From: Flavobacteriales bacterium
GTDB lineage: Bacteria > Bacteroidota > Bacteroidia > Flavobacteriales_D > Sanyastnellaceae
DNA length: 64,000 nt
Reading direction: 5' to 3'
NCBI GenBank assembly: GCA_034439875.1
Contig: JAWXBG010000223.1
Span: 2,973 to 66,972 of the forward strand
Shown here in pieces: positions 18,625-27,075 of the stretch. Made by a program: the position numbers and the translations under genes. The first letter of the stretch is position 1; every line of letters starts with the position of its first letter. The notes beneath the pieces were generated by a model. The model ran no database searches and was not told the origin of the DNA. It saw nothing but the letters and a program-made list of their open reading frames with translations.

Positions 18625-18843
18625 AGATTCCCCCGATTTATACCGTTTAGGTATCTGTAATAGTCCAATACCGTTCCACTCCAATAGCCTAGAACAGCTA
18701 TTCAAAAGCATTGACCACTTCAAGCATACAAACCCGAATCACGCGAAGGAGATATTGGAATTCATTGGTCGTGTTATGTCTTCCCGCAGCGCATTGCCCT
18801 CAAAATTCTTCCAATGCGCAATGCGGGATAGACCATTTATTAA
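18625..18843 (+). repeat. composite S-P interspersed repeat unit (copy R3)
   Basis: It starts right after the M23 stop codon. The S module is at about 18651-18700 and the P module at about 18722-18843, with a 15-bp-stem hairpin at 18782-18828. It aligns with the copies at 6.5, 11.4 and 58.8 kb. Confidence 0.85.
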
Positions 18844-19015
18844 TCCAGAATCCGCATTGGGATTCGCTATGAAGTGCTAAGCCCCACAGATAGCACGTGC
18901 TCTCGCAAGATTTTTATTTGAAGGTGTATATTCATACATCAAGAATAAAAACCGAGAAAGTGCTTGATATCAAAGAGAGTTAGTGCTGCAAAAGATTTCC
19001 ATTGCGGATTCTGGG
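18844..19015 (+). mobile_element. 172-bp MITE-like element, copy 2
   Basis: Its ends are TCCAGAATCCGCATTGG and CCATTGCGGATTCTGGG. It is flanked by direct ATTAA at 18839-18843 and 19016-19020. Confidence 0.85.
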
Positions 19016-19036
19016 ATTAAGGAACAGTGTTATTAT

Positions 19037-20044
19037 TTACAAGAAATCCGATTCACTCATGCCCAACCATTCGAGAGGCGCTTTATAAAAAATATTATCT
19101 CGGTCTTCTTGAGTAATATCCATTTCAGAAATGAATTTACCAATTTCAAGATCGCCTAAAGGGAATGGATAATCTGTTCCAAGAGTAATTTTCTCGCTTC
19201 CCACTACTTCAATTATATACTTGAGCAATTGTGGATCGTGGGTAGCGCTGTCAACCCAAAATTTACCAAGGTATTCTCGCGGATTCACAGGATTGTCGAG
19301 AGCCACCAAGTCAGGACGACAATTAAAACCATGTTCAATTCTACCAATTGTAGGAATAAAAGAACCTCCGGCGTGGGCAAAGTTGAATCTGATACCAGGG
19401 AATTTATCGAAAATGCCACCGAAGATCAATGAGCAAACAGCTCTCGAAGTTTCGGCAGGCATCCCAACAAGCCATGGTAGCCAATATCGAGCCATCTGAT
19501 CTTGACCCATCATTTCCCATGGATGCACAAGCACACACATATTATTTTTCTCTAGTGCTTCCCAAATTGGAAAGAAAAAAGGTTCATTCAAATTTTTTCC
19601 ATTCACATTCGAACCAATCTGAATACCTCTAAATCCAATTTTTCGACACCGATCTATTTCTTTCACGGCAAGTTCAGGATCTTGCATTGGCAGAGTTGCC
19701 AGGCCCACATAGTTTTTCGGAAACTTGTGGAATGCCTCAGCTAAATCATCGTTTAAGAACCGCGATACTTCCATGCAATCTTCAGGTTTGGCCCAATATG
19801 CAAAGAGTACGGGTATAGTACATACCACTTGAACTTTTGTTTGAAAGGTGGCATATTCTTCAATGCGCAATGCTGGGTCCCAACAATTGCTCGCTATTTC
19901 TCGAAAGAATTTTTCACCTTGCATCATTCTTGCAAATCCATCGCGGTGGTGATCAAGATGAATAAATGATCCATACCCAAACTTCTTGCTCCAGTCGGGC
20001 AAATTTTTCGGCATTAAATGAGTATGTGTATCAATTTTCATCAC
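19037..20044 (-). CDS. 2-amino-3-carboxymuconate-6-semialdehyde decarboxylase-like amidohydrolase (ACMSD family)
   Basis: It has the metal-binding HxH at the N-terminus (KIDTHTHL) and long collinear matches to my recollection of animal ACMSD (YWAKPED, YWLPWLVGMPAET, GTDYPFPLG). Confidence 0.8.
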   Translation of the reverse strand: MMKIDTHTHLMPKNLPDWSKKFGYGSFIHLDHHRDGFARMMQGEKFFREIASNCWDPALRIEEYATFQTKVQVVCTIPVLFAYWAKPEDCMEVSRFLNDDLAEAFHKFPKNYVGLATLPMQDPELAVKEIDRCRKIGFRGIQIGSNVNGKNLNEPFFFPIWEALEKNNMCVLVHPWEMMGQDQMARYWLPWLVGMPAETSRAVCSLIFGGIFDKFPGIRFNFAHAGGSFIPTIGRIEHGFNCRPDLVALDNPVNPREYLGKFWVDSATHDPQLLKYIIEVVGSEKITLGTDYPFPLGDLEIGKFISEMDITQEDRDNIFYKAPLEWLGMSESDFL

Positions 20045-20129
20045 ACTAATCGGAGGATCTTATATAGTTGCTTTCCGGCATTTGACCACAAAGGTAATGT
20101 GCTCTGGCAATTTGTAGGGAGGCTCTAGC

Positions 20130-21773
20130 TCATTCGGGTTTTTTGTCAACCCATTTCAGGTCGAGCATATTTACAGGATTTGTTTGAAGTCCACTTATAT
20201 CGTTGCGTACAAAATGCGACACTTGATCATAGAACAATGGGATCACTGCAGCTTCTTCCATGGCCAGCATATTCATAGTCTGGTATAATCTCAAGCGCAA
20301 GATATCATTCTGCTCAATAGCCGCTTCTTCATACATTGAATCAAAGGTTGGATTTGAATAATGTGTATAGTTGGGTCCTGTAGGACTGAAATTACGGGTA
20401 AGAAATACGCTGAGGAAGTTTTCTGCATCAGCATAATCTGCTAACCAAGATTTTCGAAACATTTCTAGTTGGCCTCTTGCGGAAAGGTCTTTGAAGGTAT
20501 TGCCTTGCATCACATTAATCCTGATTTTAATCCCAATTTTTTGAAGAGAATGTTGAATGTATTCGATTAAATCTGTGTAGTCGCCGGTAGTAGAAATGAT
20601 AATTTCACCTAATCCATTTCCGTTTGGATAACCGGCTTCCGTAAGCAGTTGAGCTGCCCTTACTGGATTGAAAGAATAAAACGAAGTGTCTGTTTCAAAT
20701 GGCAAAAGGGCAGGAGGAACAAATCCTCCATTGGCCGGATATACCGAGTTGTTGCGCAATCTTGCAACCATTTCGTCTTTGTCGATTGCATAGGCTATTG
20801 CTTGTCTGATCTTCTTGATCAACAATGGCGAATTCGATGATGCCTCAAGCGCGGGGTCAACAAGTATTCCTAAGTAATCTGTTTTTATAAAGGGAACCTT
20901 TTGAAGTTTAATACGATCTACAAAACCCGGATGTAAATTACCATTTATGTCGAGCAGTTCGTCTTTGAATGAAGAATGTATGCCACTCATGAAGTCATAA
21001 GTACCTTTTAGCACCCCTTGATATTCGGCATTCATGTCTTTCACAAAATCGATCTGCACAGCATCGAGATATGGCAGTTGATTGCCGTCTTCATCTTTCT
21101 GCCAGTAATTGGGGTTCTTGTGAAAAACCAGCGATTCGTTTTCATACCAAAAGGCAAATCGAAAAGGCCCGCTGCCAACAGGATGAGAGCGCAGTTCGGA
21201 GCCATAAACTTTTACAGCCTCTTCTGGAATCACATTGGCATATTGGGTTGTAAGCATTCCCAAAAATGGTTGAAAAGAAGACTTTAGATATATGTGTAGT
21301 ATGGAGTCTGATGGGGCGAAGAAACCTCCATTCATTGTTGTATCAATCTTTGCAAAAATCCATTTTCCCGGGGAAGCTGTTTTCGAATCGAGGATTCTGC
21401 GATAAGAAAACACGAAGTCAGAGGCTCTGACATTTCTATGTTTTTGAACTCCAAAGCAAGAATCTTCGTGAAAAAGTACATTTTGCCTCAGATAAAATAT
21501 ATAGGAACGACCATCTTCTGAAATCTTCCAAGAATGAGCAATCGAAGGTGCAATTTGCAATGAAGAGTCCAACTCTACTAGTCCATCGAAAAGTTGATTG
21601 GTGGCCCACATGGTTTCGAGATCTCTGGCCTGAGCAGGATCAAGAGAGCTAATGCCATTGCTTTCATTGTATCTGAAAACCTTGCGATTTTTTTTAGCGG
21701 CGACTGTATTACATGAAATGGCAAAAGATCCTAGGATTACTGCCAGTGATAATACGCTCTTGAAAAGATTCAT
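20130..21773 (-). CDS. ABC transporter substrate-binding protein, family 5 (peptide/nickel type), orphan
   Basis: A 547-aa protein with a signal peptide and an SBP_bac_5-like sequence (LDPAQARD...LFDGLV). No permease or ATPase genes are adjacent. Confidence 0.75.
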   Translation of the reverse strand: MNLFKSVLSLAVILGSFAISCNTVAAKKNRKVFRYNESNGISSLDPAQARDLETMWATNQLFDGLVELDSSLQIAPSIAHSWKISEDGRSYIFYLRQNVLFHEDSCFGVQKHRNVRASDFVFSYRRILDSKTASPGKWIFAKIDTTMNGGFFAPSDSILHIYLKSSFQPFLGMLTTQYANVIPEEAVKVYGSELRSHPVGSGPFRFAFWYENESLVFHKNPNYWQKDEDGNQLPYLDAVQIDFVKDMNAEYQGVLKGTYDFMSGIHSSFKDELLDINGNLHPGFVDRIKLQKVPFIKTDYLGILVDPALEASSNSPLLIKKIRQAIAYAIDKDEMVARLRNNSVYPANGGFVPPALLPFETDTSFYSFNPVRAAQLLTEAGYPNGNGLGEIIISTTGDYTDLIEYIQHSLQKIGIKIRINVMQGNTFKDLSARGQLEMFRKSWLADYADAENFLSVFLTRNFSPTGPNYTHYSNPTFDSMYEEAAIEQNDILRLRLYQTMNMLAMEEAAVIPLFYDQVSHFVRNDISGLQTNPVNMLDLKWVDKKPE

Positions 21774-21859
21774 GGCACCAAAATAGAACAGCGCACAGTA
21801 TTGACCAAACGAGAGACTTCGAAAAGGTCGGAGAAGAAAAATGGATATGGGTGGTTATT

Positions 21860-22297
21860 CTACTTGATACCCAATGTTTGTCTGATCAGCGCTGCGGATT
21901 CGGGATTGTAATAACGATCTGCTTTTTGTTTTCCGTCTTCTTCATATCGTGCCCAATTGCCAACTTTCACACCTCGGTCGTATTCACCTCGTGACTCAAT
22001 TTGACCATTGCCATAAAAGAAAACGAATTGTCCATGTTCAAGATAACGTTTGTCTTCAAGTTTCCACTGTCCATTAGCCTTAACTAACTTTTGGTCGGAG
22101 AAAATGGTGCCTTCAAAAATATCACCTCCCGAATGAGAAAGCTGCAGCGTGAAAACAGCATGTCTTTTTTGGGTTTGTTTTAGAAGGGCATCAAAGAACA
22201 AGGTCTCGTTTTCGGACTGTGCACACGCACCAATTGTTCCAGAAAGAACCAGAATCAATAGATATGAACGTAAGCGAAAAAAGCTAGATAGGAACAT
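21860..22297 (-). CDS. MORN-repeat (YwqK-like) lipoprotein
   Basis: It has a signal peptide with Cys (SGTIGAC) and MORN-variant repeats (HGQFVFFYGNGQIESRGEYDRGVKVGNWARYEEDG). Confidence 0.55.
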   Translation of the reverse strand: MFLSSFFRLRSYLLILVLSGTIGACAQSENETLFFDALLKQTQKRHAVFTLQLSHSGGDIFEGTIFSDQKLVKANGQWKLEDKRYLEHGQFVFFYGNGQIESRGEYDRGVKVGNWARYEEDGKQKADRYYNPESAALIRQTLGIK

Positions 22298-22360
22298 AAG
22301 TTCTCGCGCTTACGGTATTCAGTCTGAAAAGTTGCAATATTTGACAAAATATTTAAAACC

Positions 22361-23410
22361 ATGAATTCAGCGAAAAAAGCGGGACTTTTTCTAAAACACA
22401 CATCACTAATGATAATTGTGATTGGTTTGAACTCATGTGCCATGCGCAATCAGGAGAATAGTGCGGGTAGCACAGGAGCAGCAGTTATAGGTTTTTACAA
22501 TGTGGAGAATCTATTCGATACCATTAACGACCCAAATATTTTAGACGAAGATTTTACCCCAACAGGAAAATTGAAATGGGATATGGATAGATACCGAGAG
22601 AAGCTGGGTTCACTTTCAAAGGTTATACGGATCATGGGAGCGAATGGAGTACCGGAAATCTTAGGTCTTTGTGAAATAGAAAATAGAAAGGTGCTAGAAG
22701 ATTTGTGCGATTCACTTTGTGTTGGGAATAAAAAATATTCGATTATTCATAAGGATAGTCCTGATGAACGAGGGATAGATGTGGCACTTTTGTATTTGCC
22801 TTCAGTTTTTCAAGAAGAGAGTAGTGAATGGATAAAGGTTGTTTTGGACGATGTTGCAGATCCAAATACAAGAGACATATTATACGTAAAGGGAAAACTC
22901 TTAGGTGAAAAGGTTCATTTATTTGTAAACCATTGGCCAAGCAGAGGTGGTGGTCAGGCTGAATCTGAAAAGAATCGATTGAATGCAGCTGGTGAATTAG
23001 GAAAACGCACGGATCAAATATTTGCTTCGGACAAAAATGCATTGGTAATTATTATGGGGGATTTCAATGATTATCCCAAAGACAAAAGTTTGAGTGATGT
23101 TTTGGGAGTGGGCAACACTGCAAACAGCCAACTTTACAATATGATGGCGCTTGCAGATTCGTTAGGAGAAGGAAGTTATAATTACAGAGGAGACTGGGGA
23201 ACACTCGATCAGTTTATCATATCCAATTCTTTGTTTAGCGGTTCAGGTCTCAGCACATCTCAAGAAGATGCGATCATTGTAAGGAAGGACTGGATGCTTT
23301 TCAAGAAAGATGATGGAAGTGTTACACCCAACAGAACGTATGCCGGAGATAAGTATACAGGTGGAATATCCGATCATCTTCCTGTGACACTGAAGATTCG
23401 TTCTAAGTAG
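22361..23410 (+). CDS. endonuclease/exonuclease/phosphatase (EEP) family protein, secreted
   Basis: EEP motifs are present (FYNVENLFD, NHWPSRGGG, GDFND, SDHLPV), with an N-terminal signal/lipoprotein sequence. Confidence 0.8.
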   Translation: MNSAKKAGLFLKHTSLMIIVIGLNSCAMRNQENSAGSTGAAVIGFYNVENLFDTINDPNILDEDFTPTGKLKWDMDRYREKLGSLSKVIRIMGANGVPEILGLCEIENRKVLEDLCDSLCVGNKKYSIIHKDSPDERGIDVALLYLPSVFQEESSEWIKVVLDDVADPNTRDILYVKGKLLGEKVHLFVNHWPSRGGGQAESEKNRLNAAGELGKRTDQIFASDKNALVIIMGDFNDYPKDKSLSDVLGVGNTANSQLYNMMALADSLGEGSYNYRGDWGTLDQFIISNSLFSGSGLSTSQEDAIIVRKDWMLFKKDDGSVTPNRTYAGDKYTGGISDHLPVTLKIRSK

Positions 23411-23616
23411 TGTTTCGGTTATGGATATTGAAATTCTCTTCACGGCGAATTTTGGGATAAGTGGTGAGCCTCAAGAGAATATTCATTTCGTCAGAGTCTT
23501 GTCTATCGTGAAATATCCATCAAATCAGTCGTGACTATTATTGATTGCTTCAATTGCACAGACATCTGCAGTACTACCTAAGCAGATATTTATTTAGGAA
23601 TGGTATAAAACAAAAA

Positions 23617-23642
23617 GACCCCGATCATTTCTGTTCGGGGTC
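23617..23642. terminator. bidirectional rho-independent terminator
   Basis: GACCCCGA-10 nt-TCGGGGTC is flanked by AAAAA (23612-23616) and TTTT (23643-23646), 20 nt downstream of the H1-like gene stop. Confidence 0.75.
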
Positions 23643-23662
23643 TTTTAAAATTCGAAAGCTCC

Positions 23663-23902
23663 TTACTTCTTAACAGGAGCAGCTTTCTTAGCAGCGGCCT
23701 TTTTAGGAGCAGCTTTTTTCTTAGTCGCTTTTTTAGCGGCTTTCTTAGGAGCTGCCTTTTTAGTGGCTTTCTTTTTAGTAGCTTTTTTAGCTGCTTTCTT
23801 AGGAGCTGCTTTTTTAGCTGACTTCTTAGCTGCTTTTTTAGGAGCTGCTTTTTTAGCTGCTTTCTTAGGAGCTGCTTTTTTTGTTGCTTTTTTTACTGCC
23901 AT
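23663..23902 (-). CDS. histone H1-like lysine/alanine-rich DNA-binding protein
   Basis: A 79-aa protein made almost entirely of KKAAPKKAAKKA repeats. It has its own terminator, and the coding DNA is a tandem repeat array. Confidence 0.7.
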   Translation of the reverse strand: MAVKKATKKAAPKKAAKKAAPKKAAKKSAKKAAPKKAAKKATKKKATKKAAPKKAAKKATKKKAAPKKAAAKKAAPVKK

Positions 23903-23949
23903 GACAAATATAAATTTGGTTTTGCGAAGCGAAAAATAGAACGATTTAT

Positions 23950-24837
23950 TTATCTAAAAAGAAATAATTCAAAATTTCTATTAACAGCGAATTCCACAGT
24001 CGGGGAAGGTAGCTTTATTACGTTTAAAACTCTTGCAACAGACATCATCCATTTTTTTGGCCAATCAATTTTTGTAAGATCAACATCAAAAGAAATATAA
24101 TACTGTCTATATCTATCATAGCTGAAACCATTGATTTCACTAGTGTTTGAGCCAGTCATTCCATCGGCGCCATAACCGAATGCAATGTTGATCCACTTCG
24201 GAAATTTTGATTCGATTGGTAAGAACGAATACACGTTTGCACTCATCCAATAGGTTTGGGCATTATAGTCTTTTAGGAGCCGTTGTGAATTACTTTCACC
24301 TAAGAGCTCAGGTCGAAGGTCGGCAAATTGAGAAGAATTGTAAGAATATTTCAAACGAATCTTTTGATTTTGCCATAATATTTCTTGTCCAACAAAGAAC
24401 ATTGCACCACCCAAATTGCACAATGCATCTCCATTTGAAAATCCCCATTGCGAAGAATAGCCATCTAAAACTTCTATGCCTGTTTGATATGCCACACTAA
24501 TACCTGCTGACAAAAGAAGTGATTGCTTCTTATTATATCCTGACCATTGAAACCAAGGATGTAAAATACTGCTCACTGCATAAGTGGTCATCAAGTGACC
24601 GGCTTTGTCCATTTGCAGCCATTCGCCATTATCATTGAAAAAATGAAAGCGACTTCTGGGATAATCTTTATACCACAACTCATTGAGGCCAATCAATGAG
24701 CCGGTACCAACTGCCGAAACCCCTCCAACTGTCAGCCATTTTCGGTGAAGAGTATCTCTGTGCAGCAGTTCTTGGGCCGGAGAGCCTAAGGCAAGTGCCA
24801 CGAAACAAGAAAGGGCTATGAGTCGTATACTGTGCAA
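23950..24837 (-). CDS. DUF2279-like predicted periplasmic/outer-membrane protein
   Basis: It has a signal peptide and the motif WYKDYPRSRFHFFNDNGEWLQMDKAGH, which I recall as characteristic of DUF2279. Confidence 0.55.
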   Translation of the reverse strand: MHSIRLIALSCFVALALGSPAQELLHRDTLHRKWLTVGGVSAVGTGSLIGLNELWYKDYPRSRFHFFNDNGEWLQMDKAGHLMTTYAVSSILHPWFQWSGYNKKQSLLLSAGISVAYQTGIEVLDGYSSQWGFSNGDALCNLGGAMFFVGQEILWQNQKIRLKYSYNSSQFADLRPELLGESNSQRLLKDYNAQTYWMSANVYSFLPIESKFPKWINIAFGYGADGMTGSNTSEINGFSYDRYRQYYISFDVDLTKIDWPKKWMMSVARVLNVIKLPSPTVEFAVNRNFELFLFR

Positions 24838-24869
24838 CTTTTATAAAATCATTTAACCACAGGCAGTAA

Positions 24870-26948
24870 ATGTACACAATGCTTTCAGGCAATAGTCGCC
24901 ATCGAAAGGGCTTAGTATTTTATCGCAGGATGAGTCTGATTAGCGCACTTATTGTGGTGTTGTCTGGTCTTGTCTACTCATTGGTAGTTGGACCTGAGCT
25001 TGAATTTATATGGGATAGGATTCTTGTGGTACTAATTTGCCTATTGGTCTATTCGATTGGAAAAAAAGAAACGAGTCTTGATAGATATTCACTTTTAGTA
25101 TATGCTGTTTTTTATTTTGTGATGATACACTCAGTGGTTTTGACTGCTAAAGGGGATTTCAATGTATATTATTCTGTTGGATCCATAATCATCGTGCAGA
25201 TATATGCAATATGTTTCAGGAGATGGCCACAAGCTTGGACTTTTTTGGGAGTTTGGTTGGTTATGTTGTTATCGGGTCTTCAATATTCTTCTTTACTCTC
25301 GGATAGTGATCTTTTATTCTCATCAATAGTGGTAATTCTGATAGCAGCGATGTCAGCAGTATTTGCATTTGGAAAGGACAGGTACATCTCTGATATTAAA
25401 TTTAGACAAAAGATGCTCACAGCGTTGGTCAATAAAACGGAGAATTCTGTTATTATGACCGACATGGCGGGTTACATATTGGATGCCAATGATAGAACAT
25501 GCGAAATTTTCGGTTTTCCATTTGAGGAACTTGTAGGCAAGGATTTTTCTGTATTGCGCGATAAGGCTCTTAATGAAGAAGAAGTCCAATTTGGATTGAG
25601 TCAATTGAAAAGGGATAAATTTTGGAATAGCGAAGTAAGAATGCTTCGAAAGGATGGTTCATCGTTTCATGCCTATATTTCTATTAGTATGCTTAAATCG
25701 TCTGACGTAGGAATTCTTGTTTATAGAGTGCGCGATATAACTGTGACAAAGAATTTTGAGCAGGAACTTATTCAGGCCAGAGAAGAAGCCGAAGAAGCTG
25801 TAAAGGCAAAAGGAAATTTTCTTGCCACGATGAGTCATGAAATTCGTACTCCACTCAATGGTGTAATAGGAACGGCAAGTTTGTTGGAGCGCACAGCACT
25901 TCAAACTGAACAGAAAGATTACGTGCAGACAATTCTCAATAGCAGTCAAAGTCTATTGGTATTGCTCAACGATATTTTGGATTTTTCTAAAATAGAATCT
26001 GGCAAGATGCAATTGAAACCCATTGCTTGCGATTTGAGAAATGAAGTTCTTTCAGTTTCAGAATTGTTGCGTCCACACGCCGTATCAAAAAATTTGAAAT
26101 TCGCGGTAGACATAGACAAGGACATACCTGAACAAGTGGTGGTAGACACCATGCGCTTGAAACAGGTATTACTCAACCTTCTTGGGAATGCTATAAAGTT
26201 TACGGATAAAGGTTCTGTTCAATTGTCGTGTAGCATTGTAAGACGGTTGAAAGAAGAAATCGAGTTGAAATTTATCGTTTCAGATACAGGCTTGGGTATT
26301 TCTCAGGATGAGTTGAGTCTTTTGTTTCAATCCTTTTCTCAAGTACATCAAAGTGCCAATAGAAGGTATGGAGGAACAGGGTTGGGTCTTGCCATCAGCA
26401 AAGATCTCGCAGAATTGATGGGTGGGAATATTTCGGTTGAATCAAAAGTTGGGGAAGGTTCAACCTTTCAATTTACCATTTTGGTCAAATCAGCCGAAGG
26501 GCAAATCAGCACCATTAAGGAATTAGAACAGATCGAACTTACGGAGGAAATGCTTCGAATTCTTCCGACTTTAAATATAGCCGTAGCAGAAGACAACAGA
26601 ATTAATAGCGACGTAATTGTTTTTATGCTTCAGAAGCTAGGGGTAGAGCCGGACAGAGCTTACAACGGATTAGAATTAATCGAATTGCTCAGCACCAAAA
26701 GCTATGATATCATTTTGATGGATATATATATGCCGGAATTGGATGGTCTTCGAGCTACAAAAATTATCAGAAAGGAACTAAAACTAAATCCTTACATAAT
26801 TGCTATAACCGCAAATTCGAGTCCGCAAGACCGGGTATTATGTCAAGAAGCGGGAATGCAAGCCTTTGTTTCAAAACCGTTCGTTTACTCCCATTTGGAA
26901 AAAGTCCTCGCAGAGTACCTAAATTCTGAGGTAAACACCCGTATATAG
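24870..26948 (+). CDS. hybrid sensor histidine kinase/response regulator with PAS domain
   Basis: It has an N-terminal multi-TM region and a PAS-like segment. Catalytic motifs are intact: H-box MSHEIRTPLNGVIG, N box LLGNAIKFT, G boxes DTGLGI and GGTGLGLAISK, and a receiver with DIILMDIYMPELDG. Confidence 0.9.
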   Translation: MYTMLSGNSRHRKGLVFYRRMSLISALIVVLSGLVYSLVVGPELEFIWDRILVVLICLLVYSIGKKETSLDRYSLLVYAVFYFVMIHSVVLTAKGDFNVYYSVGSIIIVQIYAICFRRWPQAWTFLGVWLVMLLSGLQYSSLLSDSDLLFSSIVVILIAAMSAVFAFGKDRYISDIKFRQKMLTALVNKTENSVIMTDMAGYILDANDRTCEIFGFPFEELVGKDFSVLRDKALNEEEVQFGLSQLKRDKFWNSEVRMLRKDGSSFHAYISISMLKSSDVGILVYRVRDITVTKNFEQELIQAREEAEEAVKAKGNFLATMSHEIRTPLNGVIGTASLLERTALQTEQKDYVQTILNSSQSLLVLLNDILDFSKIESGKMQLKPIACDLRNEVLSVSELLRPHAVSKNLKFAVDIDKDIPEQVVVDTMRLKQVLLNLLGNAIKFTDKGSVQLSCSIVRRLKEEIELKFIVSDTGLGISQDELSLLFQSFSQVHQSANRRYGGTGLGLAISKDLAELMGGNISVESKVGEGSTFQFTILVKSAEGQISTIKELEQIELTEEMLRILPTLNIAVAEDNRINSDVIVFMLQKLGVEPDRAYNGLELIELLSTKSYDIILMDIYMPELDGLRATKIIRKELKLNPYIIAITANSSPQDRVLCQEAGMQAFVSKPFVYSHLEKVLAEYLNSEVNTRI

Positions 26949-27075
26949 CTGCGTCAAATGGGGCTTATAGGGTAATGTGTAAGTAATTCACAATTTGCAG
27001 GATATAACGTGGAAAAAAGTGCCCTATATTAATATAGTATAAAAGTATATCTTTGTCAGAGAATTAAATTATCAA

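Noticed and set aside
18578-18880. A 100-aa ORF on the plus strand runs from the end of the M23 peptidase gene through the S, P and MITE repeats.
   Set aside because: The same frame is broken by stop codons in the paralogous repeat copies, for example TAA in the 6.58-kb copy and TAA/TAG in the 58.79-kb copy. The open frame is an accident of this copy, so it is treated as non-coding repeat DNA.
21860-22297. The YwqK-like MORN protein could be the antitoxin or immunity component of a toxin system.
   Set aside because: It carries a lipoprotein-type signal peptide and has no adjacent toxin-like gene. Its neighbours are an orphan SBP and an EEP nuclease with its own signal peptide. There is no support for a TA or defence module.
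23663-23902. The tandem nucleotide repeats could be a satellite or VNTR rather than a gene.
   Set aside because: The repeats keep a single open frame encoding a coherent Lys/Ala-rich H1-like protein with an ATG start and a strong terminator. It is kept as a CDS, with VNTR behaviour noted as a possibility.
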